Shown: piece by piece, positions 40,419 through 53,781 of the stretch
How the letters are laid out: every line of letters starts with the position of its first letter
Numbering within the stretch: position 1 is the stretch's first letter
Assembly: GCA_964304625.1 (NCBI GenBank)
Contig: OZ199839.1
Location: 5,710,311 to 5,774,310, forward strand
Reading direction: 5' to 3'
DNA length: 64,000 bases
Origin: Kudoa neothunni
Taxonomy: Eukaryota; Animalia; Cnidaria
Notes under the pieces: model-generated
Database searches by the model: none
Seen by the model: only the letters and a program-made list of their open reading frames with translations
What the model was told of the DNA's origin: nothing
Translations under genes and position numbers: made by a program

Positions 40419-41280
40419 ATGAGCGACGTTAAAATTATGCAATGTTACAATAGGAAAGTGATATCGGTATGCTTTAATTTTTATATAATAATTATATTTT
40501 ATTATCTAAACGAATAATATCTTTCCAGTTCAGAGTGGAAGTAAAACGTATTATACATGAAACAAAACTATTGCATGATGCCATTGGTAAGCTTGAAATT
40601 ATTTTCCAAGATTCTTCAGAATTGGAGTCTCGGGTAATATATTCGCCAACTGATCTATTGTGAGGTTCTAATATTTAACTAATTCCAACTTTTAGCATCG
40701 ATTGAAGTGTCACGTTGCCGCAATGACTCAACAAATAGCATTGTAACTATTTCTAATCAAATCAAATATTATACCTTATAAATTATTAATACTAATATAT
40801 AATTATGATAGGAGAAATGATCTACTTGGTTGGATATATCACCTGTATAAGGGTTATAAAACTAATATGGAGAAAATAATCAATTACGTGATTTAATTTT
40901 GTGAATACTGATTTTATTACTTCACTTATAGAACCCTGAAAAAGAGTTCCATATGGAATTAATTCAATTTTTCGAAAAGTATTATTATCCATCTATTGAA
41001 TATTACAGAAAATTTAGTATGGTAATTCCCGTCTTAGTTTCCAGATGTCACAGGTGTATATTTACAATGTATAATATTGATTTTATTAGACTCACAGAAA
41101 AAGTTTGATCGGAATCGGTTGTGAAGATCCCACTTTAAATGAGACTTTAAAAATGATAGAATTAGTAGACGGAAATACAGATGAACTGAGAGAAATTTTG
41201 TATTTTTACTTAATTTATTATTCGTTAATTTGGTTATTAGAATGGATATCGTCGATATAGAGGAGGTGAACGCATGTTGA
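40419..41280 (+). CDS. Putative multi-exon orphan gene or pseudogene
   Basis: Short exons bounded by GT/AG splice in frame: HRLKCHVAAMTQQIAL|RNDLLGWIYHLYKGYKTNMEKIINY|NPEKEFHMELIQFFEKYYYPSIEYYRKFSM|THRKSLIGIGCEDPTLNETLKMIELVDGNTDELREIL|MDIVDIEEVNAC*. The 5' exons do not join cleanly. Confidence 0.4.
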
Positions 41281-41659
41281 CCACTTTACATTTCAATTAG
41301 TTTGAAAAGTAGTTAATCCACTTTTTATAGTGTCCGTTTTTATGTATTTTTCTTTTTTTACCGCTTAAATCTTCTAAATCTGTTAAAAATTATATAACTA
41401 ATTATATGATTTTAATATTGACAACCATAATGTAAAAAAATTGATCCATATTACACCACGCCAAAATGTTTATTTTTGCTAATATTTTATTTAATGGAGA
41501 AAAAATTTTTAGATTATTCCAAAAAACTTTGGATTTGCTATTTTTTTCAATAGTTTGTTCGAAATGAATTAAAAAACTATTATTCTCCGCCAAATTAATC
41601 GTATATCTATTTCTTGTCTAAAAGTGGCTTAAATAAGGATAGATAAAATGATTCTTTTA

Positions 41660-42931
41660 TAAAGTTTTCCGAGCTTTAATGACATGGTATTTAAGATAGC
41701 TATGTAATTCGGTGAAAAAATACGAAAATATTACTTTAAATTTCGAATGAACAAAAAATAATAATTTTGGGAATTTGAAAAAGATATCCAAACACTATCG
41801 TATAATGTATACTTATTCTAAAATAATTTCTCGGTTCAAACATCTGCTGATATATCGAAGCATTTTTCGATAATAATTTGAGCAGTCGTTGGTGGAAATA
41901 ACTTTGAAACCATCATCTATTAAATTTAAAAGGTCGCTTTCATTTCTCGCATGTCCTCTCACAACATGGTTTTTCCATTTGCTGAAAACATTTTCAATTG
42001 GATCCATGAAGGGTGAATACGGAGGTAGATACATCAACGTTAGTTGTAACGTTGCTAAAATTTCGCTAAGTCCCCGATAATGATGTATCCTTGCATTATC
42101 GAGTATGAAGCATGGATCTTCAATTTCCAAAGAACGGCACAAATCTGCCAACTCAATGAGGAACTCTTTAAAATCTTCGCCATTTACTGGTCTTCGATTT
42201 ATTTTATATGGCACCATGCCATACTTATTCATCGCTGCAATGACGGATATGTTCCTTGACTTGACGGCTTTTACGTTTACATATGCTGATGTACCAGCAA
42301 GCTAACGATCCTGTCTTGTACGTGACGATACATTAAAACCAACTTGGTCAATAAAAACAAAGTTGCTGCCTTCTGCCTCAAGCAATTTTGAATTGAACTC
42401 TTGGGCGTACACAAAACGTTTTTCCACTGTATCGTCAGAGTTTCTTCGTTCAGGAACAATGGTGAGCATTTTTAAAGAATAATGGAATTCTTTAAGGCAT
42501 CTATTTATTGTGCTAACGCTAACACTCACGCCACATTCGTCTAATAATTTTTGACGAAGAGTCTTGAAGAAAAGTCACCACCCCTTTTTAATGACTTTTC
42601 TTTCCCATCAAGAAGATACGATTTTACAATTGAAGCAACAGTTTGTCGCTTGATTCCAACATTTTCAGCGATGACGGCATTGCTGTAACCCAATTCGCAC
42701 TGATTAGCAATCACTTTCCTATCTCGGTCACTTATTGTTTGTCTCTTAAATTTGGTTCGAGTTGTCATTTGAGAATCGTCGCTATTATCTGTTTTTAAAG
42801 TTTATAAATATTAAACTAACGTGTAATGTTGAATTTATACCACTCATATTATTTTTATTCGATTAATTTACAATGTGAACGTAAACATAAGCTTAAATTA
42901 CGCACGTGTCACTAAAGCTCGGAAAACCCTA
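41660..42931 (-). mobile_element. Tc1/IS630-type DD34E transposon with TIRs; transposase disrupted
   Basis: HTH N-terminus, FVFIDQVGFN, CFILDNARIHH...YLPPYSPFMDPIE (34 residues between D and E); in-frame stop at 42302 and a break near 42541; TIRs ttttccgagcttta(a/g)tgaca at ~41665 and ~42926. Confidence 0.9.
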
Positions 42932-43132
42932 TATTTTCAATAAGTCTAACTCCGTTCAGAGAGATAGAAGCTAAAATATATAATTAAATAATTTTAATTC
43001 GAATGTTTTTTGACAATATAAATTTACCAATCCATTAACACTTAAATTTGATTTTTAGAATGAACTAAACTTAATTCATTCGAAACACATAACAGATAAT
43101 AATTAATAAAATTCATAATCTTATTCTCTTAT

Positions 43133-43154
43133 GGACGGACGGACGGACGGACGG
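43133..43154. repeat. (GGAC)n microsatellite
   Basis: Directly visible. Confidence 0.9.
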
Positions 43155-43768
43155 CCGCTCTATGGAAATGATAGCGATATAAAGAGAGGTATCATTTTGT
43201 TATCAGTACAAAATTCTTATTTTCGAACCGAATATTCCATCACTTGTCAACATCACAATAAGGAGAATGTATTCAATCTATTATTATTTTCTGCTCATAA
43301 ATAAGGTATTCACCTTTGACGGGTCCTTGGAAGATGGAAAAATTATTTACAATTTCAACCTTAGTTAATCAACTAATAATAGCGCTAGTTTATTGATTAT
43401 GCCAAATAATATATTTTAAATAAAAAACACATAAGAACTAAACACCCTTGAGAGATAGTGAATTGGGTACAAATGCGGGATTATCTATTGGACGGATATG
43501 AGCCGCAAAGGTCCAACCGCTGTAGTTAACACCTACAATGAAATAAACTTCAAATGGGATTTAAGGAGTTACACTGACTGTCTATCTTAGCAAACATTTA
43601 AATTTGTTAAATAAAGATAAAAATTGGTTTTCTAGAAGCAGTAAGCGCAAAGAATAAAATAACAAATTCTATTGGCAAGGTCGGAATGAATATATTGTCT
43701 GAATATAGAGGAAAAGCCGACCACTCTTAACAACTAGGAAAGATACGCAAGATTGGTGGTTAGTACAA

Positions 43769-44355
43769 ATGATTGGTCTACTTGGAATTCTGTTTTTGTG
43801 TGCATTTATCGGATCAACCCAACAAATGTCTATTGTGGATTTGGAGGAGCAATCGTTTGATATTGGGTGGAATTGTTCTGATCCCAACAGTAAACTATGG
43901 TATAATGCAACTAAAAATTATGATGGAATTTATTAGCATGGGCTTTCCGATTATGGAATGTATCGATTGAAGGATGTGACCACCATACTTTATGTGTGAT
44001 CAGAAGGGGTTCTCCATTTGATGTGAAAGTAATCGTGCAAGCTGTGAAAAGAGTCAACTTTTTCACGCTTTCCATGAGAATGGGTCACGGTTACAGTCAG
44101 TATCAGGTTGCGCTCAAGAATTCCAGTCCCTGCACGAGTGATATCGACTTTTGTCCTATGCTCATAGACGACATAAGACTGATTCCAATTGAATTTTTCA
44201 TTGGTAAACACACTCCCAAAGTAATCGTTTGTGTTATCCATCATCGACAACACTACATTCATCTCACCTAGGGTTATTTTCTTCCCACAATCACCTTCAG
44301 CGACAACTACAAACAGGATCTGCTTTGTATTCAGATTCCAATCAAAATAGTATAG
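43769..44355 (+). CDS. Secreted NPC2/ML-domain protein 2 (canonical 6 Cys)
   Basis: MIGLLGILFLCAFIGSTQQ...GWNCSDPN|TWAFRLWNVSIEGCDHHTLCVIRRGSPFDVKV...SPCTSDIDFCPML...TPK|GYFLPTITFSDNYKQDLLCIQIPIKIV*. Confidence 0.9.
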
Positions 44356-45314
44356 TTGAAGTGTGGTACTATATATGAAACTTTGTATAAACAACTTGTG
44401 TGATATAAAATGGATTTCAAGAGTTAATATCATTTTTGCGCCTCTGTTTTTTTTGATAACTACGAAAGACAGTTGTTAACAGTTGTCAACCTCATTAACT
44501 GAGATTCTATCTATATTTAATAGAGAATCTCATTGGTTTAAGTTTACGTGGGAGTAAAGGAGATGTGTGAACAAACCTCAAATATAGTGTTACTGTTGTG
44601 GTAAACAACAGATATGTAGGAGCAAATAAAGCCAAATAATGTTTCCTCTGTTGTTAGATAAGCTATTTAGTGGGCTATAAATGTTATTTATCTAATAAGA
44701 ATAACATAGTTAATAAGTTTTTACATAAAAAAATGGATAAATATGAAAAGGAGCAATTACAAGCCGAACATTAAATAAAATTGTAAATCGAAAAAAGTAC
44801 GAAAACACACAGTAATAGATCTAATATTTATGTAAATTAATTGTAACATTATCTACTACTACAACATCAATATTAAATCCAGTCAAAGTGGAGTTATTTC
44901 CCAAAAAAGCTATCACAATAATACAACAATCAAAAAAAAGATTTGTTGCCCTGATTCTAAATCTGTGGCATTATCAAAGCTATTAACTTTTGTTTTCGAT
45001 CTGCAACATCAACTGTAGTAGAAACTGATCGTTTGGCTAATAAAGTGGTAACTCGGAACTGTTTTGGTGAAAAGAGTTAATAAAATCACTGAGAACAAGG
45101 TGATAACGGTACTAATCGGCTATATGTTTCAATCTACTCAATTTTAGTTTTAGTAATCACGCAATATTATTGTGTATTAAGGTCTATAACATAATCAACT
45201 GTTTATTGGCTGATTTAATTCATAAGAAGTAACGAGGACGATACCTGCAAACTAATTGTGCCGTCCAAGTTGGATTAAAATTCACACATAGTTGGCCAAT
45301 ACACATAAACAACT

Positions 45315-46005
45315 ATGTACAAATTGGTCACCACTTTTGCTTTGCTTATAATATGGAATTTTGGTGGTTGCCGTTGTTTTACAGCATATGATGATGATTG
45401 CTTTGATGGATTTTTCGGCTTATACGAGCTGGGCACAGATTTGAAAACCTGTCACAAGGGAGATGCAGCCAACAGTATGTTGTTTAGTTTGGTGTGAGTT
45501 CTGTTGTAAGTGAATGAAAATAGTGCACCTTGGTATTGATTATGTGAAAATATACAATTGGACTCAAAATCTTCCGGTTACAATCTTCAAATATCAAGAT
45601 GAGCGCAACTATGACCGAGTGTTAAGACTGTTGATAAGAGTTTCACACAAAACAAACGCCCACTATGAAAATTTGATTCCTGTAACCGAGGTCAAAGATA
45701 TTTTCTCCTCAATCTACTATTTCACCACAACCATTGGTGTTCCAATGTATGTAGTGGGACTAAATTGTACCAAGCCCAGTAGATGTCCTGTCGTTGTGCA
45801 AGGATTTCGCCCTGTAGATATAAAGTTGTCTATCAATCTAAAACATTGGCCATATAAGGTAGGTGTTTGCCGAATGGATTTTTTACTGTTAATTTTCCAT
45901 TATATATGAAATCCATTTTAGGACAACATGAATTTGAAAGTGCAAATGAGAATTGGTGGATACAGAGACTTGTTATGTTTTGATATCCCATTGATATTTT
46001 ATTAG
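45315..46005 (+). CDS. Secreted divergent ML/NPC2-like protein 3 (4-Cys subfamily)
   Basis: Signal peptide; LKTCHKG; LNCTKPSRCPVVVQG; last exon DNMNLKVQMRIGGYRDLLCFDIPLIFY*; same intron phases (1, 0) as the other ML genes. Confidence 0.8.
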
Positions 46006-47360
46006 TTCTTTTGTATGATCTCTTTTTGTTGGCCCTTGTTTGTGTTAGCCACACAGTTGTTGATTACTAGGAGATTAACTAAGTCAGTTTTATTTCTACG
46101 GATTAATATTACCATAATTTATTTATTTATTTATTTATTTATTTTCTCTTAACAACTTCTTGCCCCTCAAATTTCACTTAAAACGTAACCACTTTAAAGG
46201 ACTTCAACCCAATTCTTCATACAGACAGCTTCATCTAACTCTTTCTTTTCACACTCTGGCAAAAGTGGTTCATTTGAGGTTGTACAACAATAAAAATATC
46301 CACAAAAATGAATACTGTGGACGAACGATTCTAGTATTGAATTATAACTCCCAAACCAGACATTTTTATCGGTCGACGCGAACCTGTCCAAATGAGATAT
46401 CTGAATTACGGATCAATAAAGAATGTGCCGCAGCAATAAAGCGAAAATCTTGGATCAAAGATTAATATAATTAACTGATTATGCAAAATTTAGATTAATT
46501 TTGCCTAAGTAATATTCATTTTATATACCAAGTGGATTTTAAGGATTAAATCACTTCTTCTATCTTAGGTTTATTAGAGAATCTGATTTAATCATTAGAA
46601 TTTAAAAATTGAAAAATCAAACTTGAGAATTAAAATTTAAATTCAAAGGAAAAACATGTACACATGAAGAAACATCTACTCCTAAGTAATAATAATGTGA
46701 AAACGATCCCAATATCCCGTATTAACGTCAAAAAAAAATATTTTAACTAAAATAATGTCGTTAATTCGTAATAATTTTATTAGGTTAATCAGGAAAAATT
46801 ATAAATACAATATGTGCAAATAAAGTAATGAAATTGGATAAGCTAAATATTATTTTAGTAATATAAATTAGAACATCTGTATATAGGCAGGATATCGAAA
46901 TATGACCATGTCAATAAGATTTTTATAAGATAATTAAATAATGAATTGTTAGAATACGATTAAATCGATGGCTACTCCCAAAAAATTTTTCACAAAGATG
47001 TAATACGAAGAATTTGAATTTTAAGCGATTATTCCGAATCTATGTTATTTTAAAACCGTTTAATTTATTTTTTTGTATTTCCATCGTTATATAGCGCCGC
47101 CATCTGTGTTATCAGGGATATTTTTTTGAGCGCGAAACATATTTAGGGACAGAATATAATAAGTCTGTTATAAGAATGAAGCCATAAATGCAAATTTAGC
47201 TAAATGTTGAGCATAACTCGTTTTTAGCTTTATTTTTTGCACAATATATTGTAGATTGATGGTTAAAACTCAAACAAACTGTTAACTATTCACATTTTTA
47301 TTGAGCGAAGGAACAGGGATCGCTCTATCTGACCCAGTTGTTGAATTCACATAAAACATT

Positions 47361-48067
47361 ATGCAAAAACTCCAAACAGCCATACTTATATTGTTGAATT
47401 ATTGTTTCGTTCTAAGAGCAGACAATGAGGATTATTTTAGTGGGGTTTACAGCATATTTAATCTAGGTGGAAAGTTGAAAACATGCCACAAAGGACAAGC
47501 AAGAAATAGTATATTTTTGTTGGTTTTGTTGAGTATTTCTATATTTTACAAATTTAGAAGATCTATTTATCGAATCGGTGACAATATTCAACGTGACTGA
47601 TTCGAATCTTCCAGTGCCTATCTTTAGATACCATAAGGAACACAACAATAACAGAAAGTTGAGTATTATTATTAACGTCAAGCACAAAGCCCTTAGACAC
47701 TATGAAGACACGACGAAAACAAAAATCAGTCGTCTTTTTGCTTCTATCTTCTATTTTACCACCACAATCGGCGTACCTTTAGAAATAGAGTGGTTGGGTT
47801 GTCGCAGAATCCAAGATTGCCCAATCATTGTCCAAGGATCTAGATTTGAAAATATTAGAGCAACAATCGATCTGACGAAATGGCCATACAGGGTAGGTTC
47901 TCACCGGTTACCAACCGCTGCTAATCATCTGTTTGTTGATTAGATTATTGTGAAAATTCTCGCCTATGTAATATTTCTTATAGGGCAAAATGAATTTAAA
48001 GATACAGATGAGAATTGGTGGATACAGAGATTTATTGTGCTTTGATATTCCATTGATATTTCATTAG
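47361..48067 (+). CDS. Secreted divergent ML/NPC2-like protein 4 (paralog of protein 3)
   Basis: LKTCHKG; SIFYFTTTIGVP; LGCRRIQDCPIIVQG; GKMNLKIQMRIGGYRDLLCFDIPLIFH*. Confidence 0.8.
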
Positions 48068-48523
48068 CCGAATAAGTTCAAACAGTCTTATTTAATCCCA
48101 TACACTTGTACAATTATTGCTTATTAATTATGTCTCATAGTAGCTAATGGAATGATTCGATATTAATAGTAATTGTTCAATTCTGATTATTTTCTTCGCC
48201 TTGCGATTACTGTCAAAAATTCCAAATAGATTTCTATTGTTGGCTCGCACTGAGTTAAATCGAATGGCTGTTTAATTCCTAGGAGAACAAATAGTTTATT
48301 TTTTATCTCAATGCGGCCTTATTCTGTGAACTGAATAGATGTATAAAAGTTATCAAAAAGTTATTACTTCTTTTTTAAATAGTCTCCATGGGTTTCCTAT
48401 CTTATCATACAGATGATTTCAAACAATCCGATTGAATAAGTAGTTCCGTCGTCTCTCTTTATACAGCTTACGCCTCTTGGATCAATCCTCTAGGTTCGCC
48501 GCGACGATAACGCACACAATCTA

Positions 48524-49164
48524 ATGTCTACACAAACCAACTCCAATAAAACATTGTGTTTCGTGTGCATCTTAATTGTTGCTATCACTGTCCCAATCAC
48601 CAACGCTTCTTTCTTTAGTCGTCGAAAACTTCCAAAAGTGAATGTACTTCAATCGCCGATTGGTCATAACTGTTCCCAAGTAGAACGTAATTTGTTGTAG
48701 GCTGTTGTTTCCTTGGTTGATTCGTTGGTAATAGAATGGAAGGCGGATATTCTGAATATCTCATTTCCAGGCTGTTTGAGTGAACCTTGTGGACTCAGAC
48801 TGAGTCATGTTAATAAAGTGATGGCTACAATTGTTGCCAAAGAAACCATAAACGAAGTTCACCTTTCTGGGTACACGTATGTTGGAATAATCAAAGTGAA
48901 AATGAATATTTTGGATCCGAATCCTTGTGGTGTGTCTGTGGACTGCCCAATTTGGCCGGGAGAGACCCGGGTGTTTCCCATAAGTATCAAATCCCCTTCA
49001 TATATCCCTAACAAGGTATGTGATTTAGTGGTTGAATTCCATCACTAAGAAACTTTAACCTAATACATAATTAGGTCTATAATCCTGTGATCCATGCACA
49101 TAGTGACAAATCTCACCGCAACGAAATTCTTTGTGCATCCATCCGAATTATCCCAGTGAAATAA
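48524..49164 (+). CDS. Secreted NPC2/ML-domain protein 5 (canonical 6 Cys)
   Basis: Signal peptide; IGHNCSQVE|QWKADILNISFPGCLSEPCGL...DPNPCGVSVDCPIWPGETRVF..YIPNK|VYNPVIHAHSDKSHRNEILCASIRIIPVK*. Confidence 0.9.
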
Positions 49165-49629
49165 CACCGGGGGTCACTTGTTATTGACTTGGCTAAATTC
49201 TACCTACCGATCTATCGAACATACTTTTATTTATATATGGGTGTGTTTGCAATTGTTATTTCTATTTTTATATTATTACGCAATTTTTATCTAACGTTTA
49301 ACACAGCTCTAATCGATGGATATTCGTGTTATGTTCATGATACCAAAACGCCGCCTAAAATAAACGTTCTATTGCGATTTTGTGGGTCGTCATGCTAGAT
49401 AATTTAAATACGTAAGGAATTGGCTGTAATAGCTACGTCAGCATTATAATCGCTCTCTATAATTCTAATTGTTGGCTGCAAAACCAATAACTCCCGTCAA
49501 GGGATAACAATAGCTCATTAGAGAATTTACTCTATTGTCTAGTTGTAGTGCTAAGCGGTACACATAAGCCTATCCTAGCTAGATAGAGAAATAAATTAAC
49601 AACATTGTGACTGCTCGCCACTTACACTA

Positions 49630-50680
49630 ATGAGAACGGGGAAAAGATACTTATTAGTGGCTTTGATAGTTGTCGCATCAATAACGTTATTGGTGGTTAT
49701 GTGTGAATTGTACAATCAACCAGAATCAACGATCAACTCGGAACAGCTAATAACTGAAACTGTGGAACATTTACGTCAAGCAGGGAAATTAATTATGAAT
49801 ATTAAATCTTCTTCAAGTTATCATGTGATTTTTTTATGTTAATCAATAACAACAATCTAATAGTTTATTTGGTTGAAATCTATAGGAATATTCAAAAGGG
49901 AAAACCAAAGAGGGCTACAACGACTTGGTTACAGTGGCCGATATCACATCCAACCAGCTGATTAAAAAATTCTTTTCCTTACATTATCCCAAAATAAAGC
50001 TGCTCACCGAAGAAGACTACGAAAAAGACAAAATATACACAAAAAGCCTCAAAAACGCTATCGATAACACCCCCATTGTATCCAATGAAATCGACGAATC
50101 ATCGCTAATAGCCATCATTGACCCATTGGATGCCACTCAGGAATACACCGAGGGACTGTATCAATACACCTCGATTATGGTGTGTTTTCTACTGAACAAC
50201 CGCCCACTAATTGGCATAACATATTTCCCATCGATAGATCAAGCCTTTTGGGTGCACAACCAAAACAAAGACTCTGGCAACTTTGATAAGGTTTCTGAGA
50301 TTTTCAAAGTGCAACGAAACACATCTGCTATCAATGTGATAGTTTCAAGATCACATACGGGAAATATTTCCAAATGGATATCCCAAATTGCAAATCACCG
50401 ACACAATGTGCATGTTATTAAAGCTGGAGGTGCTGGTTATAAATCAGTTATGGTAGCTGGGAATGCAGCTGATATCTATCTTCACGCTACCGCCATTAAA
50501 ATATGGGATGTTTGTAATGGGTTGGTTTTCGGAGAGCACTTTCCAAACCTGAAAGCCTACGATACCACGCTAAATGATATCAATCTCGAAATCGATCACC
50601 CGGTGCTACATAAAGGATTCATTCTGGTCAATAACACATCGCTCCTTAGTTTCCTCTTAGAAAATAAACAACCTAATTAG
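49630..50680 (+). CDS. IMPAD1: Golgi 3'-phosphoadenosine 5'-phosphate phosphatase (IMPAD1/BPNT2)
   Basis: N-terminal TM anchor; KGKTKEG..VTVAD; IIDPLDATQEYTEGL; AGGAGYK; IYLHATAIKIWDVC; one intron. Confidence 0.92.
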
Positions 50681-51383
50681 CTTCTATTAGACGCTCTAAA
50701 TTGTTTCATATTACTTTTTGCATTAATTTATCTTTATTTGATTTTTCCTCATTTAAATGTATATTTTTTCTTCACAAAAAATAAATTTATTATATTTTTA
50801 TTTTAATTAATTATTCTATACTGATAATCCATTAAAAACTAATTAATATTTTCATATTTTAAAATAATTTAATTGTTACGAATAAGTCAAAGGCAATTAA
50901 AACCATAAAACTAACAATAACGATCATAAAAAAAATTTGTTATAAATATTAAAATCAGGGCGTAAATTATTAAAGAGAGAGTTGTAGAAGCATTTTAAAT
51001 GGAAAATGTAAATGATTGGTTCACTTCAGAAAATCATTATTAGGTTTTATGTGTGGAATCAAAAGGGATGTATAACATGAACACATAAATATATATTGTT
51101 GAGATGCGTGAATTCTATATTTTTTTTTAAAAATTCAACAAGATCTAGTTATCAAAACGGTTCGAGTTTTGCAAAATTAAAAGTGACGCTACAAATGGCC
51201 GTTAACAGACTATTTACTTGTTTTAAAAATAGTTAATCAACTAAGTAAGGAGAAATAATTTCCGCTAAGTCTAAGATTGTGGCCAAATTCTATAACACAA
51301 AGTTCTCGACAAATGATTAAAGTAGTCACGAACACGCGCACGCAGCCATCCTATAAGTTAGTTCAAATCTCGATTTCCTTAAG

Positions 51384-52313
51384 ATGGATTGCCAACTAGA
51401 GCAGCGACAAGAATTGGAAATACTTAGTTGTATCTATGCTGACGACCTCCAAGGTTAGATTTGCATAGAAGTTACTTTAAAATTAAAATTGGCGTAGTAC
51501 TTTGTGAAAGTCCTTTAAAGTTTCAAATCCAGCTTCACTATGATGAAAAGATGGAAAGTATAGATACAGAATAATTTTAATTGATCATTCGCGTGTATGA
51601 TATAGAAAAGGTCCCATTAGTAATCGAATTCCCGGAGAAATATCCAACCGAAGTTTTCAATTTGAGCGTACAGCGAACAAATCTCCTTTCAGAAAGTGAA
51701 ATTGAGGAGATTTTGAGCTTGGCTAAAGATCACGTAGTTTTCTGTATCGTTTAGTATTTTCTATCAGCTATAATCCAAAAGAATCTGATGAATATTGGTA
51801 TTCCAGTTGTTTTTGATACATTGAGTTTAATTCAAGACAAAATATACAATTGTTCTACTGCCAAGTTTAATCAACAGAATCTCAACGTAGAAGCTGAACA
51901 AATCAGTCTGACAGAAAATGACGATTCAACAACTGAACCGATCCAACCAAAAGTTATCACATGTGACGATAAAGTTGGTTATATAGCTTGTTCACAATAA
52001 TCTAAAAGTAACTTTTTAGATCAATGGCACAGAGGTAACTGTGGAGTCTTTTTGTAAGTGGAAAATCGAATTCGAAATTGAACATAACGTCGACTATAAA
52101 AAATCTTCAAATAATGGAAAATTTGACCCTCAAAAATTGACGGGTAGCTAACATCTATTGTATTCTTAACGAAAGTTAATTGATTTGATTGAAGGGAGAC
52201 AGTTTTTCGAACGGGGTATGGACACCAATACAACAACCTATTTGGAGATTGATGGAGAGATGGTGGAGTTAGATGAAAATCTATATGTAGAAAATATGAA
52301 TGATATTTCCTAG
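51384..52313 (+). CDS. RWDD1: RWD domain-containing protein 1 (Gir2/DFRP2)
   Basis: EQRQELEILSCIY; FPEKYP; NIGIPVVFDTLSLIQDKI; NGTEVTVESFCKWKIEF; KLTGRQFFE; VELDENLY. Confidence 0.88.
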
Positions 52314-53781
52314 GAACCACATATTTTATAGATTGGTTTTTTGTTTGGATAAAAAATTTTGTTGACACCTTATCTTGATCTTGCTACATCAAGCTAAAGA
52401 TTTTTACAATAAATTTAGTTGCTTTAGCGTGCATACTTGTTACCATCACTTTTTAGTTTATTCCGTCATTTGAATATAAAACTAATTTTCTAATTATTGA
52501 CATCAAAGAAGTCAGAATTCAAAATTAAATTGAGATAAATAAAATATTATTTTCGCGCCTGGCAATATAACGGTTCTACCTGCCAAACCCCCTTTTAGTT
52601 GAGGGATAAAGTTTATTTTCTATAATATTATGTATTTAATTATTTTGGGATTATCTATCTCGTCCTTGATGGCCCGTAATAGTTAACTACAGTGAAAACT
52701 ACGTTCACCTGGATATTATGATCCATGAAAATGAAGATAATATATTATGTGAAAATGGTTAATTGTGAGTAGAGATCGTAATCACACCGTAGGAAACAAT
52801 GAATATCCATTTAAAATCATATTCTTATGTATCAAATAAAGTTTAAAATTTCACGTTATCTTTAAAATTCATTTTATATCTGATTTGAAAAAATGGCTTA
52901 TAACAATCAATATGCATGAATCCATCGATTTTTCGTGTATGTGCGCCAACTTTTCAGTTTCAAAATTATTCCAAATCTAAGAATATTTAAATTTTAAAAA
53001 GAAATTTAGCAGATTGAGTTTTGGTATATGCATTTTTACGATTCTTATTAATAAAATAAATAAATAAATAAATATGAGGAGCAAAATCGTTCCCACGTGT
53101 AATCTCCCGTTGGTTTACAAAAACTTGCTAATTTCATTATTTGTCACATATTTTAATATATTAGTTATATTAAACAACTTAAATTGTTTTTTTAATACGT
53201 GCTAGTCCAAAATGGAGTCTAAATTTTAAAGGCGATGATGACTTTTATTTTCTCAGTAATGATTACGAAAAGTTCTTCCATGTATTTGTTTCTAAGGGTT
53301 ATCTTCACAAAGCTCCAACTAGCTGTAGCAATTGCAGGAATTTCGATTGCTTCATCCTTAGGAAGCGCAAATTAAATGTTGTCTGGCCGATAATTGAACA
53401 GTCCGCGTATGACAGAAATAACGTCGATTATTCTTTCACATATTTATGTGAAAGGTAATAGTTTATCTCAAGTCGTTGCTTTTAAAAACAATAGGTGTGA
53501 AACTACTTTTCGCCCCAAAATGGAACATTGAAAAAATTTTTTAAAATATTATACCGCTGGTGCATGGATGAAACTATTTTAATTACAATCAAAAAAATCT
53601 GACAACTCTGCAGCAAATCACCCTTCGAGAACAGAGAAAATAAAATCGTGGCCGGTATTTTAAAGGAGACGTATGGAAAAGTTCTGTAAATAATGGATTT
53701 TTAGAGTCAGACACTAAATCTCGAATTTGATTTAACTTATTTCTTTTATTTAATAGATGTCGACGATGGAAGTGGTAGCGA

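Noticed and set aside
43260-43590. Fragment resembling a ligand-gated ion channel N-terminus (MRDYLLDGYEPQR)
   Set aside because: Too short, has stops, and no downstream exons.
46160-46465. 101-aa ORF between ML3 and ML4
   Set aside because: Non-ATG start, no motif, no similarity to the ML genes.
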